A DNA stretch of 63,171 bases, filler included, from Chiloscyllium plagiosum (GCF_004010195.1; 5 parts of one record of this genome joined end to end with filler, not necessarily neighbours in it); one strand, 5' to 3'. Shown: positions 11,791-25,174, counted from the whole stretch's first letter. The notes: generated by a model not told the origin, from the letters alone. Translations and numbers: made by a program.

Positions 11791-13917
11791 AAATCAAAAT
11801 GGAATTGGAAAGGGAGATAAAGCACACCAACCCTTGCCTGTCTGTTTGTAAAGGCAGAAAGAGTGGGGAATTTTTTGTCCCTGTTTTTTTTTTGAAAAAT
11901 GTCCTAAATATCCAGAAGTGATAACATGCAAAACTGAATGGCCTTTTTACCCCATCACTAAGTCACCTTGAGGTCTTTTGTTTTTAACAATCAACCACTC
12001 CCAGTCATCACTCGCGTAGCCAATTGGATATTTACATACAAAGCCCAATATGGGCAAAGTGAACCATCAAAAGTAAAGGGGGAGGGGGTAAGGAGAGCAC
12101 GAAGGGGCAAAATCAAAATGCCGTTAAAAGGTTAAATAACATATTGTACCTCTTGCAGTGCCCACCTCTCCCTAAACACATCGAGGGTGGGATCCTTTTG
12201 TCGGTATTTTCTAATCAAAATGTTCAGAGAGGTTTTGACACATCTATGACGCTGATGGGATTTGAACTGAAGCTGCCTGGCTTCAATGTGGGGACACTAT
12301 CGCCTCACCACAGGAGCCGAGAAGTATCTCAGAAGTGTTATCGCCCACATCTGAGTGGCTTCCCCATTACCAAACCGTAGATACAGTCATGTAGATGGGT
12401 TACCTCCAAGAAGGTAGAAGTGGGAGGCAGGTGGTGCAGGAGTCTCCTGTGGCTTTCCTCATCTCAAACAAGTATGCTGTTTTGGAAAATATAGGGCATG
12501 ATAGACTCTCGGGGGAATATAGCACTGACAACCAGGTTTCTGGAACCGAGACTGGCTCTAATGTAACAAGGGGTACATCAGGTTCCAAGCGATCAATTAT
12601 GATAGGGGACTCTCTAGCCAGAGGCACAGACAGATGTTTCTGCAGCTGACAACAAGACAATCAGAATGGTGTGATGCCTCCCTGGTGCTAGGATCAAGGA
12701 TATCTCAGAGAGGGTACAGAATGTTCTCAAAGGGGAGAGGGACCAGCAGGAGGTCATTGTACACAATGGCACTAATGCCATAGGAAGGGAAAAGGATGAG
12801 ATTCTGAAGGGAGAATATGCAAGAATTTAAAAAGGAAGTCCTTCAGAGTAGGAATAGGAAGGTAGAGCAGATAAATGTGTGGCTGAGGAGCTGGTGCAAG
12901 AGAGGAGGATTCACATTTTTGGATCATTGGAATCTCTTTTGGGGTAGAGGTAACCTGTATAAGGAGTACAGACTGCACCTAAATTGGAAGGGGACTAATA
13001 TAGAGATATAGAGCTCTAGCAGGGAGATTTGCTAGAGCTGCTCAGGAGGATTTAAACTAGTAAGGTGGGGGTTGGGACCCAGGGAGATAGTGAGGAAAGT
13101 AATTAGTCAGAGACTGGTACAGTTGGGAAAAGGAGCAAGTCAAATAGTCTGGGCAGGCAGGAACAAAACAGAGAATGAGGTAGGACTGATAAATTAAACT
13201 GCATTTATTTCAATGCAAGAGGCCTAACAGGGAAGGCAGATGAACTCGGGGCATGGTTGGGAACATGGGACTGGGAGATCATAGCAATTACAGAGACATA
13301 GCTCAGGGATGGGCAGGGCTGGCAGCTTAATGTTCCAGGATACAAATGCTACAGGAAGGATAGAAAGGGAGGCAAGAGAGGAGGGGGAGTGGTGTTTTTT
13401 ATTAGGGATAATATTACAGCTGTACTTAGAGAGGATATTTCTAGGAAAGATTTTTGGGTGGAGCTAAGAAATAAGAAAGGGATGATCACATTATTGGGAT
13501 TGTATTATAGACTCCCCAATAGTCAGCGGGAAATTGAGAAACAAATTTCTAAGGAGATTCAATTGTCTGTACAAATAATAGGGTGGTTATGGAGGGGATT
13601 TTAACTTTCCAAACATAGACTGGGACTGCCATAATGTTAAGGGTTTAGGTGGAAAGGAATTTATTAAGTGTGTACAAGAAGCTTTTCTGATTCAGTATGT
13701 GGATGTACCTACTAGAGAAGGTACAAAACTTGACCTACTCTTGGGAAATAAGGCAGGGCAGGTGACTGAGGTGTCAGTGGGGGAGCACTTTGGGGTCAGT
13801 GACCATAATTCTATTAGTTTTAAAATAGTGATGGAAAAGGATAGACCAGATCTAAAAGTTGAAGTTCTAAATTGGGAGAAGGCCAATTTTGATGGTATTA
13901 GGCAAAATCTTTCGAAA

Positions 13918-14024
13918 GGAGAAAGTGAGGACTGCAGATGCTGGAGATCAGAGTCGAGAATGTCTGCCCAAAACGTCGATTCTGCTGCTCCTTGGATGCT
14001 GCCTGACCTTCTGTGCTTTTCCAG
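13918..14024. mobile_element. PLE family A insertion with 5'-inversion structure inside CR1
   Basis: Minus-oriented 3' end (ggagaaagtgaggactgcagatgctggagatcagag) joined to plus-oriented tgcccaaaacgtcga...ttttccagca; diverged duplicated flanks gcaaaatctttcgaaag / gcaagaacttacaaaag. Confidence 0.8.
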
Positions 14025-15422
14025 CAAGAACTTACAAAAGTTGACTGGGGGCAGATGTTCGCAAGTAAAGGAGCTGTTGGAAACTGGAAGCCTTCAAAAA
14101 TAAGATAATGAGAATCCAGAGACAGTATATTCCTGTCAGGGTGAAAGGAAAGGCTGGTAGGTGTAGGGAATGCTGGATGCCTCGAGGAATTGACAGTTTG
14201 GTAAAGAAAAAGAAAGAAGCATATGTCAGGTATAGACATCAAAGATTGAGTGAATTCTAAGAAGAGTATAAAGGCAGTAGAAGTATACTTAAAAGGTAAA
14301 TCAGGAGGGCAAAAAGGGGACATGAGATAGCTTTGGCAAACAAGGGTAAGGAGAATTCAAAAGGATTTTATAAATATATTAAGGACAAAAGGTAACTAGG
14401 GAGAGAATAGGGCTCCTCAAAGACCAGCCAGGTGGCCTTTGTGTGGAACTGCAAGAGATGGGGGAGATACTAAGCAAGTATTTTCGAGTATTTTACATCA
14501 GTATTTATAGTGGAGTAGGGCATTGGAGATATAGCTTGTGGGGAAATAGATGGGGACATCTTGAAAAATGTACGTATTAAAGAATGTTGTATTCTTAAAA
14601 TGTATAAAGGTGGATAATTCCGCAGGACCTGATCAGGTGTAACCAAGAACTCTGTGGGAAGCTAAGGAAGTGATTGCTGGGCCTCATGCTCAGATATTTG
14701 GATCATTGATAGTCACATGTGAGGTGCCGGAAGACTTGAGGTTGGCTAATATGGTGCCACTATTTAAGAAAGGTGGTAAGGAAAAGCCAGGGAACTATAG
14801 ACCAGTGAGCAAGATGCCGGTAGTGGGTAAGTTGTTGGAGGGAATTCTGAGGAACAGGATTTGCATGTATTTGGAAAGACAAGGCTGATTAGGGATAGTC
14901 AACATGGCTTTGTGCGTGGGAAATCATGTCTCACAAACTTGATTGAGTTTTTTGAAGAATTGTCAAAGAGGATTGATGAGGGTAGAGTGGTAGATGTGAT
15001 CTATCTGAACTTCAATAAGGCTTACGACAAGGTTCCTTATGGTAGACTGGTTAGCAAGGTTAGATCACATGGAATACAGCGAGAACTAGAAATTTGGATA
15101 CAGAACTGACTCGATGGTAGAAGACAGAGGTTTGCTTTTCAGACTGGAGGGCTGTGACCAGTGGTGCACTACAAGGATGGGTGCAGGGTCCACTGCTTTT
15201 TGTCATTTATATAAATGATTTCCATATGAACATAGGAGGCATGGTTAGTAAGTTTGCAGATGACACCTGAATTGGAGGTGTGTGGACAGAGAAGAAGGTT
15301 ACCTCAGAGTACAACAGGATCTTGATCAGATGGACTGATGAGCTAAGGAATGGCAGATAGAGTCTAATTTAGATAAATGAGAGGTGTTGCATTTTGGAAA
15401 GACAAATCAGGGCAGGACTTAT

Positions 15423-15706
15423 ATAGAACATAGAACATTACAGTGTAGTACAGGCCCTTCAGCCCTCAATGTTGCGCCCACCTGTGGAACCAATCTGAAG
15501 ACTATCTATCCTGCAATATTCCATTTACATCAATAGGTTTATCCAAGAACCATTTAAATGCCCTTAAAGTTGGTAAGTCTGTTACTGATGCAGGCAGGGC
15601 CTTCCATGCCCTTACTACTCTCTGAGTAAAGGAACTATCTCTGACATCTGTCCTGTGCCTATCACCCCTCAAATTAAAGCTATGTGCCCACATGCTAGCC
15701 ATCAGC
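15423..15706 (-). mobile_element. CR1 3' end with (TTCTATG)n tail nested in the older CR1
   Basis: atagaacatagaacatt tail; SFTQRVVRAWKALP; host CR1 resumes at ~15707. Confidence 0.85.
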
Positions 15707-15757
15707 ATACTTAATGGTAAGGTCCGAGGGAGTGTTGCCGAACACTCTTCATTAGGG

Positions 15758-16056
15758 CAACATGGGGCTCAGTAGTTAGCAATGCTGCCCTCACAATGCC
15801 AGATTCCCAGGTTCAATTCTACCCTTAGGTGACTGTGCCTATGCTCCCCGTGTCGTGTGGGTTTCCTTCCACAATCCAAAGATGTGCAGGTTAGGTGGAC
15901 TGGCCATGCTCGATTGCCCATAGTGTTCCGCTGAGATAGATTAGCCATCAGAAATGCAGGGTGATAGGTTAGGGCTGTGGGTCTGGATGGGATGCTCTTT
16001 AGAGGATCAGTCGAGACTTGATGGGCTAAATGGCCTGCTTCCACGTTGTAGGGTTT
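15758..16056 (+). mobile_element. Diverged HE1-type V-SINE
   Basis: ggctcagtagttagcaatgctgcc head; V-domain; CR1-like tail. Confidence 0.8.
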
Positions 16057-16109
16057 CTACAATTTATGTGCATCAGTGACTCTGCCAGCCATCTTCTTTC
16101 ACTTGTCAA

Positions 16110-17232
16110 ATAGAGTCATAGAGATATACAGCATGGAAACAGACCCTTCGGTCCAACCCATCCATGCTGACCAGATATTCCAACCCAATCAAGTCCCACC
16201 TGCCTGCACCCAGCCCATATCCCTCCAAACCCTTCCTATTCATATACCCATCCAAATGCCTCTTGAATGTTGCAATTGTACCTACCTCCACCACATCCTC
16301 TGGCAGCTCATTCCATACACGTACNNNNNNNNNNNNNNNNNNNNNNNNNNNNNNNNNNNNNNNNNNNNNNNNNNNNNNNNNNNNNNNNNNNNNNNNNNNN
16401 NNNNNNNNNNNNNNNNNNNNNNNNNNNNNNNNNNNNNNNNNNNNNNNNNNNNNNNNNNNNNNNNNNNNNNNNNNNNNNNNNNNNNNNNNNNNNNNNNNNN
16501 NNNNNNNNNNNNNNNNNNNNNNNNNNNNNNNNNNNNNNNNNNNNNNNNNNNNNNNNNNNNNNNNNNNNNNNNNNNNNNNNNNNNNNNNNNNNNNNNNNNN
16601 NNNNNNNNNNNNNNNNNNNNNNNNNNNNNNNNNNNNNNNNNNNNNNNNNNNNNNNNNNNNNNNNNNNNNNNNNNNNNNNNNNNNNNNNNNNNNNNNNNNN
16701 NNNNNNNNNNNNNNNNNNNNNNNNNNNNNNNNNNNNNNNNNNNNNNNNNNNNNNNNNNNNNNNNNNNNNNNNNNNNNNNNNNNNNNNNNNNNNNNNNNNN
16801 NNNNNNNNNNNNNNNNNNNNNNNNNNNNNNNNNNNNNNNNNNNNNNNNNNNNNNNNNNNNNNNNNNNNNNNNNNNNCACTGGTCACAGGCCTCCAGTCTG
16901 AAAAACAACCCTCTACCACCACCCTCTGTCTTCTCCTTTGAGCCAGTTCTGTATCCAAATGGCTAGTTCTCCCTGTATTTCATGAGATCTAACCTTGCTA
17001 ATCAGTCTCCCATGGGGAACCTTGTCGAATGCCTTACTGAAGTCCATATAGATCACATCTACTGCTCTGCCCTGATCAATCTTCTTTGTTACTTCATCAA
17101 AAAACTCAATCAAGTTTGTGAGACATGATTTCCCATGCACAAAGCCATGTTGACTATCCCGAATCAGTCCTTTCCTTTCCAAATACATGTACATCCTGTT
17201 CCTCAGGATTCCCTCCAACAACTTGCCCACCA
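16110..17232 (-). mobile_element. CR1 LINE (RT to 3' tail) spanning an N gap
   Basis: QHGFVHGKSCLTNLIEFFDEV...[26 protein letters not shown]; ctctatgactcta tail. Confidence 0.9.
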
Positions 17233-17497
17233 TGTTTAGCTCTTGAACGTTTCCAATGATATACAGCCAGTTTTGACCTTGATGAGGCTAGGTCTGTACT
17301 AAATATAAAAATTAAAAAGATACAATGAATAAGCTGCTTATACTTGGCCAGTGATGGCACATTATACAGTAACCATCTGGTTTTCAATGAAATAGTTTAA
17401 ACTCTGGAGAAGAATCACATTGGAACAATGTAAAATGCACTCTGAAACATTCTTTGAGGATAGTATAAGCCTGTTGTTTAGCTCTGAGACACTCTCC

Positions 17498-17775
17498 AGA
17501 CTGGCTGACCGGCAGAAGGCAGAGTGGCGATATAGGGGTCTGTTTTTCAGGGCGTGACTAGTGGAGTTTTTCAGGGACCAGTGTTGGGACCATGACTATT
17601 CATATTATATGTTAACAATTCCTTAACAATTAAGGAACTGAGGGCATTGTTGCTAAGTTTGCAGATGACACAAAGGTAGTTGGAGGGACAGGTAGTGGTG
17701 AGGAAGTGAGGAGACTGCAGATGGACTTGGACAGATTAGGAGAGTGGGCAAAGAAGTGGCAGATGGAATATGATG
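17498..17775 (+). mobile_element. CR1 RT fragment
   Basis: QGPVLGP...AKFADDTKVVGG...LDRLGEWAKKWQMEY. Confidence 0.8.
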
Positions 17776-18354
17776 CGGCCAAGTTGGTCAGAAGAATAGA
17801 GGAACGAACTACTGGGTAAATGGGTAAAGATTTCACAACAATTAACATCATTAGATTTTTTATGTGCAAGTTTCTTTTACTGAATTCAAATCCCACCTGC
17901 CATTACCTGGACCTCTGGATTACTATAATGCCACCAAACCACTATCTTCCTTTTAATGACATCAACAACAACATGTCATCAGCAGCAACATATCGTTCTA
18001 CATTGGATAATCCTGACTCAGAATCACTGAGAAGCACTCAAATGATTTGATTTTGATTTTATTGTCACATGTACTGAAGTACAAAAGTACAATAAAACTT
18101 TAGTAATGTCACCACACAAGGTGTCATCTCAGATACAAGTATCTAGATACAGAATCTTCAGAATATGGTGGAAAGAAAGAACAAAGTTAGAACTTAAACA
18201 TTACAATAATTATAATACAGTGACATATTCTTAGTTTTAAGTAGAAAATAAAGAAATAAAGCTAAAAGTTCAAACATTACAATCTTTCGTAAGTGCCTAG
18301 CCACGGTAGGACCACACTTCGCGGAATCACCTTGAGTCCATGCTAACGCCACAC

Positions 18355-19619
18355 CAAGACGCTGAGAGACCACTGCACCAGGCCAAAACACCACCACGCC
18401 AGGCCACTGAGAGACCACCACACCGGGCCACTGAGAGACCACCACACTGGGCCACTGAGAGACTGCCACACCGGGCCACTGAGAGACCACCACACCGGGC
18501 CACTGAGAGACCACCACACTGGGCCACTGAGATACTGCCACACCGGGCAACTGAGAGAACACCACACTGCGCCACTGAGATACTGCCACACTGGGCCACT
18601 GAGACACCACCACACCGGGCCACTGAGACACCACCACACCGGGCCACTGAGAGACCGCCACACTGGGCCACTGAGACACCACCACACCGGTTTACTGAGA
18701 GACTGTCACATCCGGCCACGGAGAGACCACCACACCGGGCCACTGAGACACCACCACATCGGGCCACTGAGAGACCACCACACCGGGTCACTGAGAGACC
18801 ACCACACCAAGCCACTGAGAGACCGCCACACCAGGCCACTGAGAGACCACCACGCCGGGCCACTGAGAGACCGCCACACTGGGCCACTGAGACACCACCA
18901 CACCGGGCCATTGAGAGACCACCACACCGGGCCACTGAGACACCACTACACCGGGCCATTGAGACACCACCACACCGGGCCACTGAGACACCACCACACC
19001 GGGCCACTGAGACACCACCACACCGGGCCACTGAGAGACCGCCACGCTGGGCCACTAAGAGACCACCATGCCGGGCCACTGAGACACCACCACACCGGGA
19101 CATTGAGAGACCACCACACCGGGCCACTGAGACACCACCACACCGGGCCATTGAGAGACCACCACACTGGACCACTGAGACACCACGCCGGGCCACTGAG
19201 AGACCGCCACACTGGGCCACTAAGAGACCACCATGCCGGGCCACTGAGACACCACTACACCGGGCCACTGAGAGACCGCCACACTGGGCCACTGAGACAC
19301 CACCACACCGGTTTACTGAGAGACTGTCACATCCGGCCACTGAGAGACCACCACACCGGGCCACTGAGACACCACCACATCGGGCCACTGAGAGACCGCC
19401 ACACCAGGCCACTGAGAGACCGCCACGCCGGGCCACTGAGAGACCGCCACACTGGGCCACTGAGACACCACCACACCGGGCCATTGAGAGACCACCACAC
19501 CGGGCCACTGAGACACCACCACACCGGGCCATAGAGAGACCACCACACCGGGCCACTGAGACACCACCACACCGGGCCATAGAGAGACCACCACACCGGG
19601 CCACTGAGACACCACCACA
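18355..19619. repeat. 24-bp GC-rich minisatellite (~52 copies, runs into a gap)
   Basis: Unit GCCACTGAGA(G/C)ACCACCACACCGG; accounts for the 8-aa repeat ORFs on both strands. Confidence 0.95.
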
Positions 19620-19663
19620 NNNNNNNNNNNNNNNNNNNNNNNNNNNNNNNNNNNNNNNNNNNN

Positions 19664-19675
19664 TTAATTAATTAA
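19664..19675. other. Assembly linker TTAATTAATTAA inside N runs (also 33188-33199, 47108-47119, 53402-53413)
   Basis: Identical 12-mer with stops in all six frames, flanked by equal-length N runs at four places. Confidence 0.95.
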
Positions 19676-19719
19676 NNNNNNNNNNNNNNNNNNNNNNNNN
19701 NNNNNNNNNNNNNNNNNNN

Positions 19720-19886
19720 CTAGCTTATCTCTCCATGCTTCAGGCTCTCTGCCTTTATTCCTGATGAAGGGCTTTTGCCCGAAATGTTGATTTTGCTGCT
19801 CGTCGGATGCTGCCTGAACTGCTGTGCTCTTCCAGCACCACTGATCCAGAATCTGGTTTCCAGCATCTGCAGTCATTGTTTTTACC
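19720..19886 (+). mobile_element. PLE family A element with hammerhead motif (19757-19792)
   Basis: attcCTGATGAagggcttttgcccGAAAtgttgatt... through the full tail ...gcagtcattgtttttacc. Confidence 0.85.
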
Positions 19887-20325
19887 AAAATTCAGGATAA
19901 AGCCGCCCGCTTGGTTGGCACTACATCCACAAGCATCCACTCCATTCACCACTGACACTCAGTAGCAGCAGTTTATATTGTCTATAAGGTGCGCCGAAGA
20001 ATTTTACCAAAGATCCTCGGACAGCAATTTCCAAATCCATGATCACTTCCATCTAGAAGGCCAAGGGCAGCAGTGACTGAAAACACCACCACCTGCAAAA
20101 GCTACTCACCATCCTGACTTGGAAATATATTGCTGTTCCTTCACTGTTGCTGAGTCAAAATCATGGAATTCCCTCCCTAAGGGTATTATGGGTCAATCCC
20201 CAGCACATGGACTGCAGATGTTCAAGAAGACAGCTCACCACCACCTTCTCAAGGGCAGCAAGGGGCAGGCAATAAATGCTGGCCAGCCAACGATGCCATG
20301 TCCCACAAGTGAATAAAAACAAAAA
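19887..20325 (+). mobile_element. 3' end of the L2/CR1-like second family
   Basis: SFTVAESKSWNSLP...FKKTAHHHLLKG, gcaataaatgctggccagcc, A-rich end. Confidence 0.7.
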
Positions 20326-21943
20326 TCATGATTTTTTTTGTTGATGGCCTCCGTCACAGCAGGAGTTCATTACCAATTTAACATCTTGTGTTTTGCCAAT
20401 AATAATTCTGGTGAGATTGATGGATAAATATAATGTGCAGCAATACATTTGTCGTGTAACTTCTGTGTTGAGAAAAATCAGATTTAACATTGCAGATTGG
20501 CAGCTATTCTTCCAGATGTGGCCCAACTTGCTGAATGTTTCCAGCATTTTCTGCTTTCATTTCAGATTTCCAGCATCTGTGCCTCTCTGCTGAAGTTCCC
20601 CATTTTGTGTCAAATGCCTTCAGTGCAGTACAAGTGTCATCTATCAGCTTATTTCACTGTGGCCACTTAACTTGTGCAAAATAAACAGCAGTTTCAGCAG
20701 AATTGCCTTGATTCTCAGTGGATTGGTAATGAATTGAAAAAAAAACAGACAAGGCTCTTTCACTGTTCAATGGGATGTTGTTACGATGTTGATTTGCCCT
20801 CCAGATACTCAAGTCCATTCTAATAACTGCATAAAGACTCTATTCTTCTCAGCCATAGTCCTTTCAACAGCATCATTACAAAGTGAAGTAATACCTCAGT
20901 GCTTACCTGAAATACAATCACCACTATTTGTCTTACAGTTGCAGACCATTCATTGGGTAAAGCCTGTTAGAGTAACCGCAGAGAACTTTTGCCTTGGGCA
21001 TCGCTGATGGTAGTTACTGATGCTGGTATTGAACAATATCCCTGTCCTTTCACTCACACCAAGTGCTAATAGCAGCATTTAATAACAATATTATCTTTAA
21101 GTGGTAATGCATACAAAACTAGGCTGACACTTTAGTGTAGTATTGATGGTGTGCTTCACTGTTAGAAATACAGTACTCCAGATCAGACATTAAAACGAAG
21201 CTCCATTTGCCCTTCAGGTGAGTGTAAAAGATCCCATTGGAATACTTCCAGGTAGAGCCAGTGCATGTTCTTGGATAAACCTGACTGATATTTAACTCTT
21301 CAATAAACCTTCCCAGACTAGATTTTAATTAGTAATAAAATTACTTACTTTATTAATGAAGTAAAATTATTGTTAATATCTGGTCAGTATCGCTTTATTA
21401 CTAATGGAGCATTGTTGTGTCCTGTATTTGTAGATGACTGTAATCTATAAGGACAAAAGGAGCAAAGAGTTGAGATGGATAATTCTTAGTCAGGTGTAAG
21501 ATCTAAAAATTTGCAGTATGTTCAAGTTTGCATTGTATGCCAATTACAAATTATACATAAAACTGTATTTTTTTTTGAGGGGAAAGTGATGAGGATCAAA
21601 CAGCATATTATTATTTTTTTTCCCTAATTAACCTGTTCAGAGGTGTTATTCTACACCTCTAGAACAGATGGGACCTGAACTCTAATCTCCTGATCCAGGA
21701 GTAGGGTCATTATCACTATGCCACAATTGTATCAAATCTGGAACAGCCTTCTTTGCAGCTTGTAGGCTAATAAAGTTAGAAAAGGTTCTAATGGTTTGGC
21801 TTACAGGTAGCCTCAATCTCGCTACTGCGAATCCACACCAGATTTTAAAATGAGAATTGCAAAGATAAGTGACAATGTGCGTGGGTTATCTTGTGCCATA
21901 GACGCTTGTTGTAAATATATTTGCACTTGATGTGTGTTGCTGA

Positions 21944-22343
21944 TAAGGGGATCTGATTGAGACGTATAAGATTATGAAAGGATTGGACACTCTGGCAGTA
22001 GGAAACATATTTCCACTGATGGGTGAGTGCCGAACCAGAGGACACAGCTTAAAAATACGGGGTAGACCATTTAGGACAGAGATGAGGAGAAACTTCTTCA
22101 CCCAGAGAGTGGTGGCTGTGTGGAATGCTCTGCCCCAGAGGGCAGTGGAGGCCCACCCTCTGGATTCATTTAAGAAAGAGTTGGATAGAGCTCTCAAAGA
22201 TAGTGGAATCAAGGATTATGGAGATAAGGCAGGAATAGGATACTGATTAGGAATGATCAGCCATGATTATATTGAATGGCGGTGCAGGCTCGAAGGGCTG
22301 AATGGCCTACTCCTACACCTATTGTCTATTGTCTATTGTCTAT
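21944..22343 (+). mobile_element. Young CR1 3' end with (TCTATTG)n tail
   Basis: Open ORF2 C-terminus RRNFFTQRVVAVWNALPQ; same family as 27699-28806. Confidence 0.92.
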
Positions 22344-23053
22344 TTGCTCTTTATGACTGCATTTCAAACAATGGCTTGATTGATTAAAAAGCACTTTGGA
22401 ACATCATTTGGTCAAAAAACCTCTGCACAAATAGAAGTCTTTCTTTATATGGTTCTAGCACAACGTCTCTGCCCTTAAACTCTATGCCTTGGCTAATAAA
22501 GGCAAGTATGCCATATGCCTTCTTAATGACTTTGTCCACTTGTCCTGCTATTTAAGGGCCCAATGGACATGTATTACCAAGGCCCTTCTAATCCTTTCCC
22601 CTAGGCCTGACTGTTCATCATGTATTGCATTGCCTTGTTTCTCTTGTACATGTGCATCACCTCACACTTACCTTGAGATAAGTCATAGAGATATACAAGT
22701 ATACCAAATGCCTCCTTCACTATCTGAACTGCCTGGATTGAATTCCATTTGCTACTGATTAGCCCATCTATAATCTCCTATAATGTAAGGCTATCTTCAT
22801 TATTCACTACCCCCTAATTTTCATTTTAACTGTGAACTTATTGATCAATCCTGTTACATTCAAGTCTCTATCATTTATATGTACTATAATAGCCCTCTGG
22901 GATACTACTGGACACAGATGACCAGTCACAGAAACACCCTTGACCATCAACCCTCTACTTCCTGCTACTCAGCCAATTCTGGGTTCAATTTGATAAATTT
23001 CCTTGGTTCTTACCTATGCTATCAGTTTCTCATGTGAGGTATGTTGGTACATG

Positions 23054-23138
23054 GAAGGGCTTTTGCCCGAAACGTCGATTTCGTTGCTTCTTGGATGCTG
23101 CTTGAACTGCTGTGCTCTTCCAGCACCATTAATCCAGA
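23054..23138 (+). mobile_element. PLE family A fragment at the 5' junction of a CR1
   Basis: gaagggcttttgcccgaaacgtcg...ttccagcaccattaatccagaa, directly followed by CR1 RT. Confidence 0.8.
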
Positions 23139-23918
23139 AATAAATTATTTGGATGCGAGCATAAAAGGTACAGTTAGTAAGTTTGCAGATGACACCAAAA
23201 TTGGAGGTGTAGTGGACAGCAAAGAGGGCTACCTCAGATTACAACAGGATCTTGACCAGATGGGCCAATGAGCTGAGAGTGAAGAAGGCGTTTAGTATGC
23301 TTTCCTTTATTGGTCAGAGGACCGAGTACAGGAGTTGGGAGATCATGTTGCGGCTGTACAGGACATTGGTTAGGCCACTGTTGGAATATTACGTGCAATT
23401 CTGGTCTCCTTCCTATCGGAAAGATGTTGTGAAACTTGAAAGGGTTCAGAAAAGATTTACAAGGGTTGGAGGGTTTGAGCTATAGGGAGAGGCTGAACAG
23501 GCTGGAGCTGTTTTCCCTGGAGTGCGGAGGCTGAGGGGTGACCTTATAGATGTTTACAAAATTATGAGGAGCATGGATCGGGTAAATAGGCAAAGTCTTT
23601 TCCCTGGGGTAAGGGAGTCCTGAACTAGAGGGTTTAGGGTGAGAGGGGAAAGATATAAAAGAGACCTACAGGGCAACATTTTCACGCAGAGGGTGGTACT
23701 TGTATGGAATGAGCTGCCAGAGGAAGTGGTGGAGGCTGGTACAATTGCAACATTTCAGAGGCATTTGGATGGGTATATGAATAGGAAGGGTTTGGAGGGA
23801 TATGGCCCAGGTGCTGGCAGGTGGGACTGGATTGGGTTGGGATATCTGGGTTGACATGGACGGGTTGGACCGAAGGGTCTGCTTCCATGCTATACATCTC
23901 TATGACTCTATGACTCTT
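23139..23918 (+). mobile_element. CR1 LINE RT to 3' end with internal deletion
   Basis: SKFADDTKIGGVVD, RPLLEYYVQFWSP, VWNELPEEVV, (CTCTATGA)n tail. Confidence 0.92.
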
Positions 23919-24209
23919 AAAGTAATTGGTCGAAGAAGTCAGAGAGGAATTGAAGGATTTTTGTTTTACTCGGAGAGTGATGGGAGTCTGGAAGGACTGC
24001 AGAGGCAGATGCCTTGATCACATTTAAGATATTTGAAATGTCATAACCTCCAGGGCCTATGGATCAAGAGTTGAAAGTTAGGTTTAAACTGGATAGTTGT
24101 TTATCAGCCAAGGCTTCCACAATGGACCAAATGGCTTCCTTCCTTGCTGAAAATCTCTTAATGGTTCCACATATCATTTGGATAATACCACTATGACTGT
24201 TAATGTCAA

Positions 24210-24298
24210 GATTAGAGTGGTGCTGGAAAAGCACAGCAGGTCAGACAGCATCTGAAGAGCAAAAAAATCGATATTTCGGGTAAAAGCCCTTCATCAGG
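24210..24298 (-). mobile_element. PLE family A short element
   Basis: Reverse complement reads cCTGATGAagggcttttacccGAAAtatcg... Confidence 0.8.
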
Positions 24299-25044
24299 AG
24301 TAACTGTTGTTGGACGGGCTATCCTGCAGAACAAAATTAGAACTCTTGGAACAGAAGGCAATAAATGAAAATGTAGATTAAGGCCAGAAAACAGAGATTC
24401 AGAATAAAAGGGACATTGAGAACAAAATAACAGGACAAAGTAATAATACAGACATGAGTTCAAAGCTCTCCACTACACCTGCTAAATTTAAATTCAGTTA
24501 ACTAAATCTGGATTGAAAATTTAGTCTCTGTCACCCTTACAATGAAACTGTCAGACGACTGCGAATCTGATTCACTCCCATCAGTTAATGAAGAATATCT
24601 ACCATCCTTATTAGGATATTATTCTGATTGGCGCTACTTGTACTTCATGGTATCTAACACTCCTGTCTGCGTGTAGGTCAGAGAAATGATTGACTGAGGG
24701 AGCTTGTGACCACCAATCCTCCTTTGTCTATACTTTATCTCGGGCCTTGCTAATGATTGTTGTTAGAGAACACACCACTGAAGAAGCATTGTTCTTAGTG
24801 AACAAGCTGGTTTACTGCAATAACAGAAACAAATATGCTCAATTGCAAGGCAGGCATCATCACGAAGACCCAAACAGAAACGAAGTGTAACATGTGTAGA
24901 GAGAAAGCAGAGTCAACATTTAGAGTCATAGAGTCATAGAGATGTACAGCGTGGAAACAGACCCTTCAGTGTCTGTTTCAGATTTCCAGTATCCACAGTT
25001 CTATACTTTACCAATACTAAAACTCTGTACACATTACATTAATA

Positions 25045-25174
25045 GGCAAAAGTGAGGACTGCAGATGCTGGAAATCAGAGTCTAGATTAGAGTGGTGCTG
25101 GAAAAGCACAGCCGGTCAGGCAGCATCTGAGGAGCAGGAAAATCGATGTTTCGGGCAAAAGCCCTTCATCAGGA
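25045..25174 (-). mobile_element. PLE family A short element with ~12-bp TSD
   Basis: Reverse complement tcCTGATGAagggcttttgcccGAAAcatcgatt...; flanks attacattaata (25033-25044) / attaaattaata (25180-25191). Confidence 0.82.

Larger units (their letters stand above)
12390..15745 (+). mobile_element. Long decayed CR1 LINE (ORF1 esterase, ORF2 APE endonuclease and RT)
   Basis: ORF1 IGDSLARGTDR, FLDHWNLFWGRG; ORF2 LNCIYFNARGL, VPLFKKGGKEKPGNYRPV, QHGFVRGKSCLTNLIEFFE, FADDT; frameshifts, stops and nested insertions. Confidence 0.92.

Noticed and set aside
16076..16966. Long ORFs containing X runs (also ~25861-26559, 34200-34894, 37258-37991)
   Set aside because: Open only because they cross N gaps
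18355..19619. CRISPR-like regular repeat
   Set aside because: Head-to-tail units without unique spacers, no cas genes, vertebrate context
18327..19671. 425-443 aa repetitive ORFs (ARCGGLSV / ATERPPHR repeats)
   Set aside because: By-product of a 24-bp tandem repeat that lacks stops in those frames; no unique domain or splice context
19664..19675. Recurrent TTAATTAATTAA palindrome
   Set aside because: Always embedded in N runs; an artificial scaffolding linker
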